A stretch of 64,000 bases of DNA from Dehalococcoidia bacterium (GTDB lineage Bacteria > Chloroflexota > Dehalococcoidia > Plut-88900), in contig CBDBLV010000005.1 in NCBI GenBank assembly GCA_965207225.1, positions 448,001-512,000 of the forward strand, in the 5' to 3' direction. Below the pieces are notes generated by a model that saw only the letters and a program-made list of their open reading frames with translations, searched no databases and was not told the DNA's origin. Of this stretch, positions 60,010-64,000 are shown piece after piece. The first letter of the stretch is position 1. Each line of letters starts with the position of its first letter. The position numbers were made by a program, and so were the translations under genes.

Positions 60010-61212
60010 GTGAATGGTGTAGCCCAAAGAGGACTCGATCTCTTCAAAGGTCCTAGGACGCCCATGAGAAGGGCCCTCCTTTACCCGTTCGCGTCTCTGA
60101 CCCTCGCCTTCCTTTTCCTGCCCAGCTTCATAGTCGTACCTTTATCAGTGACTAATTCCATATTCCTGCATTTCCCCCCGCGAGGATTTACCTGGGCTTG
60201 GTATGTGGAGTACTTACATCCGTTGAAGGAAAGGGGCTATAGTGCTTTCGGGGCGTCGCCGTCTCTGGGGATTTATAAGACCTTCATAAGCTTCGAGTTG
60301 GCTATAATGGTCGCAGCGTTGGCGGTGCCCGTAGGCGCCCTTGCGGCCTACGGCCTTTCTCGTGGCCGCTTCTGGGGACGGAACCTCCTCAGCGCCTTCA
60401 TCCTCTCGCCCTTCATAGTACCGGCAATGATAGCTGCCGTTGCACTGTTCTTCTTCTTGTCGAACAGCCTGCCCTCCTTCCTTGAGTCCCCCGCGGGGGT
60501 TTCGGTCCCCGTGTGGGGAGAATTCTTGCTGATATTCTTGTCCATTGGGCTCGGCGTCGCATCCATAGGACTGCTGCTCTTCAGAACGTTCTACAGGAAG
60601 CCCATGGACGACTGGAACCCTAAGCTGCTCTTATGGTATGAGCGGCTAAGGCCCTGGGCCCCCGTTTTACTGCTGCTGACGGCGGCATACCTCCTGTTTC
60701 CGTGGTTGTCCGCGTCAGCCACTCCGTGGTGGGCGCACCGCGAAGATATATGGCTGTTCAACCCAAGAGACCCGTACCCCCCGGTCCCCGTGGTGAGCCC
60801 CGGGCTGCTACTCGCTCACGTCATGCTCGCCTTGCCCTACGTGACCATCGTATTGAGCGCAGCGCTGAGGAACGTGGAGCGTACCCAGGACCGGGCCGCA
60901 GCCATTTTGGGTGCAGGGCCCATAGCCACGTTGACCCGGGTGGTGTTGCCGCAGGTTAAGCCGGGCTTGGTGCTCGCGGTTGTCTTCGCCGCCCTTGTTT
61001 CGTTTAACGAGGTCCTTATAGCCCTCTTCCTCTCGCCCTCCGACAGCCTAATTCATACGCTCCCGTATCTGATGTGGGACCAAATCAGGACTGCGATCAG
61101 CCCGGAGGTAGCCGCAGCATCAACTATAGTGCTCTTCCTGACCATCGTATTGCTTGGTGTGGCCTTCTTCGTGTCCCGAAGATCGGACGCCGCCAAGCCG
61201 AGACCCGCGTAG
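60010..61212 (+). CDS. Second PotC-like permease (paralogue of 57199-58362)
   Basis: Colinear similarity including the same insertion (SVPVWGEFLLIF..WYERLRPWAP). Confidence 0.85.
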   Translation: MNGVAQRGLDLFKGPRTPMRRALLYPFASLTLAFLFLPSFIVVPLSVTNSIFLHFPPRGFTWAWYVEYLHPLKERGYSAFGASPSLGIYKTFISFELAIMVAALAVPVGALAAYGLSRGRFWGRNLLSAFILSPFIVPAMIAAVALFFFLSNSLPSFLESPAGVSVPVWGEFLLIFLSIGLGVASIGLLLFRTFYRKPMDDWNPKLLLWYERLRPWAPVLLLLTAAYLLFPWLSASATPWWAHREDIWLFNPRDPYPPVPVVSPGLLLAHVMLALPYVTIVLSAALRNVERTQDRAAAILGAGPIATLTRVVLPQVKPGLVLAVVFAALVSFNEVLIALFLSPSDSLIHTLPYLMWDQIRTAISPEVAAASTIVLFLTIVLLGVAFFVSRRSDAAKPRPA

Positions 61213-61417
61213 CCGCTCTCGGGAATAGTCTGTTTTGGGCGCTCTCCTCAAACCCCTGCTCCTCCCCTTCAAGCTCCTGGCCTGGATTGTCACCTTCCCC
61301 ATCAGGGCCGCTACGGGCCCACTCAAGCTCATGATCGTTATACTACTTCTCGCCCTCGTCATCGCCGGAATACAGATAGTACTGTTTCAGTATTTCTTTG
61401 GAGACTGACATCACCTT

Positions 61418-62557
61418 ATGAGCGACACCCGACCCAACCCCATAATCGACGCCGATAGCCACATCCTCGAACCCCCCGACCTCTGGCAGCGCTACCTCGA
61501 GCCCCAATACCGGGATCGTGCCCTCCACTTGCAGAAGGACGGGCAGGGCTGGGACCAGTGGGTTATAGACGGCAAACCCTGGGCATACCGGCACGGCGTT
61601 TTCGGCGATATGGGCGCCATCGGCCGGGACCTCGAACCCCACTTTACACCCGGCGTCATCTCCTACGAAGAAGGCATCGCCTTCGCCCCCGGGGGCTGGG
61701 ACCCGACCGAGCGCCTCTCCGTCCTCGACCAGGAGGGTATCGACCAGGTCCTCCTCTACCCCTCCCTCGGCATCACCTGGGAGGGCGGATGCACCGACCC
61801 CGAACTCGCCGACGCCTACTGCCGCGCCTACAACAACTGGCTCATCGACTGGTGCAGCCAGTCCCCCGACCGCCTCCTCCCCATCGCCCACGTCTGCCTC
61901 CTCGATCCCGCCCTCGCCGCCAAAGAGATGAAACGCGCCGTCGACGCCGGGGCCAGGGGCATCATGCTGCGCGCCTACCCCTCCGGCAACCGCCAGTACG
62001 GAGACCCGGCCAACGACCCATTCTGGGCAGGAGCTCAGGACATCGGGATCCCCTTGGCCCTCCACATCGGCGGCGCCCCGAGAATGATGGGCGAAGAGCT
62101 CTTCGACGTAAGGATGGGTCGCTCCACCTGGTGGATCTACGTGATGTTTATGAGCGAGGTGCAGCTGGGCTTCAGTACCGTCATGAACGGCGCCGTCCTT
62201 GACCGCTTCCCCGGTGTCACCATGGTCCTTCTGGAGTCGGGTTGTGGCTGGCTCCCCTACTGGCTCGACCGTATGGACGACACCTTTGAGCACACCGGCT
62301 TCTCCACCTCCCTCAAGCTCAAACCCTCCGAGTACTTCCGGCGCCAGTGCCTGATCACCATGGACGCTGATGAAGAGCTTGCTGTCGTCACCGTGGACCA
62401 CGTAGGTGCCAACTCCGTCATGTGGGCCGCCGACTATCCTCACTCCGATGGCCACTGGAACGCCGCCAACAGCGTCCGTGAGACCCTCAAAGACATCCCC
62501 AAGGACGACCTGGCCCTCGTCCTCGGCGGTAACGCCCGGCGCGCCTACTCCTTATAA
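61418..62557 (+). CDS. Amidohydrolase_2 family enzyme
   Basis: DADSHILEP, LDQEGID, AYNNWL, WAADYPH. Confidence 0.9.
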   Translation: MSDTRPNPIIDADSHILEPPDLWQRYLEPQYRDRALHLQKDGQGWDQWVIDGKPWAYRHGVFGDMGAIGRDLEPHFTPGVISYEEGIAFAPGGWDPTERLSVLDQEGIDQVLLYPSLGITWEGGCTDPELADAYCRAYNNWLIDWCSQSPDRLLPIAHVCLLDPALAAKEMKRAVDAGARGIMLRAYPSGNRQYGDPANDPFWAGAQDIGIPLALHIGGAPRMMGEELFDVRMGRSTWWIYVMFMSEVQLGFSTVMNGAVLDRFPGVTMVLLESGCGWLPYWLDRMDDTFEHTGFSTSLKLKPSEYFRRQCLITMDADEELAVVTVDHVGANSVMWAADYPHSDGHWNAANSVRETLKDIPKDDLALVLGGNARRAYSL

Positions 62558-62558
62558 C

Positions 62559-62996
62559 CTACACCCGGCCCCACACCACCACCCGACGCGGCCTTATAAC
62601 GATCACCGCCCGCCCTTCGAAGTCCAGTTCCCGGTACTGTCGGTATCGCGCCCGTAGCAGCGGAATAGCCGCCTCATGCTCCTCCCCCGACGTCACAATC
62701 GACGCCGTCCCTCGCACCATCACGTACCCCAGTTCCGACCAGTCCTCCGAATACGTGTCCACCGTTAGGCACACCCACGGGTTCGTCCTGATGTTCCGTA
62801 TCCTCTTCAGCTCCCTCCGCGAAACGTCCTTCGGCTTCTCGTCGATCACGCTGAAGATCCGGCCTGCACTTGCCGCATAGCATATCGGCACAACGTATGG
62901 GCGGCCCTCCTCATCCACAGTAGCCAACCGCCCGACAAAATGCGATCCCAGGAACTCCGCCACCCGACTTCCGAATGATGTGAACTCCTCTACCAA
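62559..62996 (-). CDS. PPOX-class (probably F420-dependent) oxidoreductase, Rv0121-like
   Basis: GRLATVD..PYVVPICY, IDEKPK, LKRIRNI..NP, D.YSEDWSEL. Start approximate. Confidence 0.85.
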   Translation of the reverse strand: MVEEFTSFGSRVAEFLGSHFVGRLATVDEEGRPYVVPICYAASAGRIFSVIDEKPKDVSRRELKRIRNIRTNPWVCLTVDTYSEDWSELGYVMVRGTASIVTSGEEHEAAIPLLRARYRQYRELDFEGRAVIVIRPRRVVVWGRV

Positions 62997-63865
62997 CGCC
63001 CGACCAGGTTCCTTATCGTCGTCGCCGACCAAACCTTCGCCGTAATCGCCAGCTTCTCCTTGGAGCTCAGTGCCACCCGCTCCCCAAATACGTCGTAGTT
63101 CCGAGCCTCTATCCTGTCCAGCACCGCCGAGTAAAGCGCCCGAAGCACCGCCGGACACAGCCGGGACCGTGGCTTCAAGAGTGGAAGCAATGCCGCGCTT
63201 CTCTCGAAATACCCCCTCGCCCGGCCTACCTGCTCCGCCATCATCGCCCGAAACTCCGGCCCCGTTTCCCCGGCCCGCAACGACTCCTCTGTAACCCCGT
63301 GTCGGGCCAGTTCGTCCTGCGGCAGATACACCCTCCCCCGACCACAGTCCTCTTCGATGTCCCGCAGGATGTTCGTAAGCTGCATGGCTATCCCCATGTC
63401 CGTCGCGTACTCCCGTGCCCTTGGGTCCGTGTATTCGAATATCTCGATGCAAACCAGCCCCACCACCGACGCCACTCTGTAGCAGTACTGGTACAGGTCC
63501 TTGAAGTCCGCATATCTGCTTATCTCCAGGTCCATCTCCACACCCTTGATTATCTCGTGGAAATAGTCCTTGGGAATGCCGTACCGCTCGCTGGCATCCA
63601 TCAGGGCAACGAACACCTCCGAGTCAGGCGCCCCACCGAAAGCCTTGTCCACAAGATCGTGCAGCCCCGACAACAACGCCGATTTCTCATCAACCGGGAT
63701 CTCCTCATCGCTGTAGTCGTCTGACAACCGGCAGAATGCGTATGCCGCGTAGATCGCCTTCCTCTTCTCCTTGGGAAGCGTGATGAACGCGTAGTAGAAA
63801 TTCCGCGCCCGACTCCGCGTCAGGTTAGTGCAATAGGCGTAGGACTCTTCCAGGCTCGGAGCCAA
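62990..63865 (-). CDS. Phytoene/squalene synthase family (HpnD/CrtB-like)
   Basis: NFYYAF, YAFCRLSDD, YCYRVASVVG, QLTNILRDIEED, GRVYLP. Confidence 0.92.
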   Translation of the reverse strand: MAPSLEESYAYCTNLTRSRARNFYYAFITLPKEKRKAIYAAYAFCRLSDDYSDEEIPVDEKSALLSGLHDLVDKAFGGAPDSEVFVALMDASERYGIPKDYFHEIIKGVEMDLEISRYADFKDLYQYCYRVASVVGLVCIEIFEYTDPRAREYATDMGIAMQLTNILRDIEEDCGRGRVYLPQDELARHGVTEESLRAGETGPEFRAMMAEQVGRARGYFERSAALLPLLKPRSRLCPAVLRALYSAVLDRIEARNYDVFGERVALSSKEKLAITAKVWSATTIRNLVGRW

Positions 63866-63870
63866 CGCCC

Positions 63871-64000
63871 CTAGCCCCCGTTGACCGCCCGACGATACCG
63901 CCCCAGCGCCAGCAGCGGGAAATAGATCCTGTACATGTGGTACTTGATCATAAAGTCTCGGGGGAAACCCGTGCCCGTGAACTCGTCCTCCGGCCACGTC
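63871..64000 (-). CDS. shc: C-terminus of squalene-hopene cyclase (truncated by window edge)
   Basis: Manual translation of the minus strand: TWPEDEFTGTGFPRDFMIKYHMYRIYFPLLALGRYRRAVNGG*, matching the FTGTGFP..YH.YR.YFPL.ALGRY end of SHC. Not in the ORF track. Confidence 0.88.
   Translation of the reverse strand, partial: TWPEDEFTGTGFPRDFMIKYHMYRIYFPLLALGRYRRAVNGG

Overview
High-GC bacterial chromosomal segment. The gene mix (luciferase-like monooxygenase, TauD, two amidohydrolase-2 enzymes, F420-type PPOX protein, Pro/Thr-linker lipoproteins) suggests Chloroflexota/Dehalococcoidia (SAR202-like), which is an inference. Housekeeping genes: pyrG, fsa/tal, rho, tyrA-aroA-gmk, tRNA-Sec, trxA, iscS/iscU-like, cinA, coaE, an hpnD/crtB-like synthase and the 3' end of shc. 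The first ~17.5 kb is accessory and holds the strongest signals. (i) A promoter-preceded, canonically sized but decayed tRNA-Ile(GAU)-like element lies directly upstream of an AT-rich ABC-ATPase/TOPRIM (fused PARIS/OLD-like) gene that is interrupted by a single TAA. (ii) A lipoprotein built only of eight tandem Cache domains sits next to two NCS2 permeases that have lost their nucleobase-binding motifs and carry a C-terminal RsbW-like domain, a candidate undescribed sensing module. (iii) An exact tandem IS1380 dimer has a triplicated 5-bp target site. Further along are a HigBA islet, an orphan CbbQ/CbbO-type pair embedded among CoA genes, a PotABC-like operon with a structured leader and no binding protein in the window, and three families of short palindromic repeats. 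All protein assignments come from motif recognition by eye; no database searches were run.
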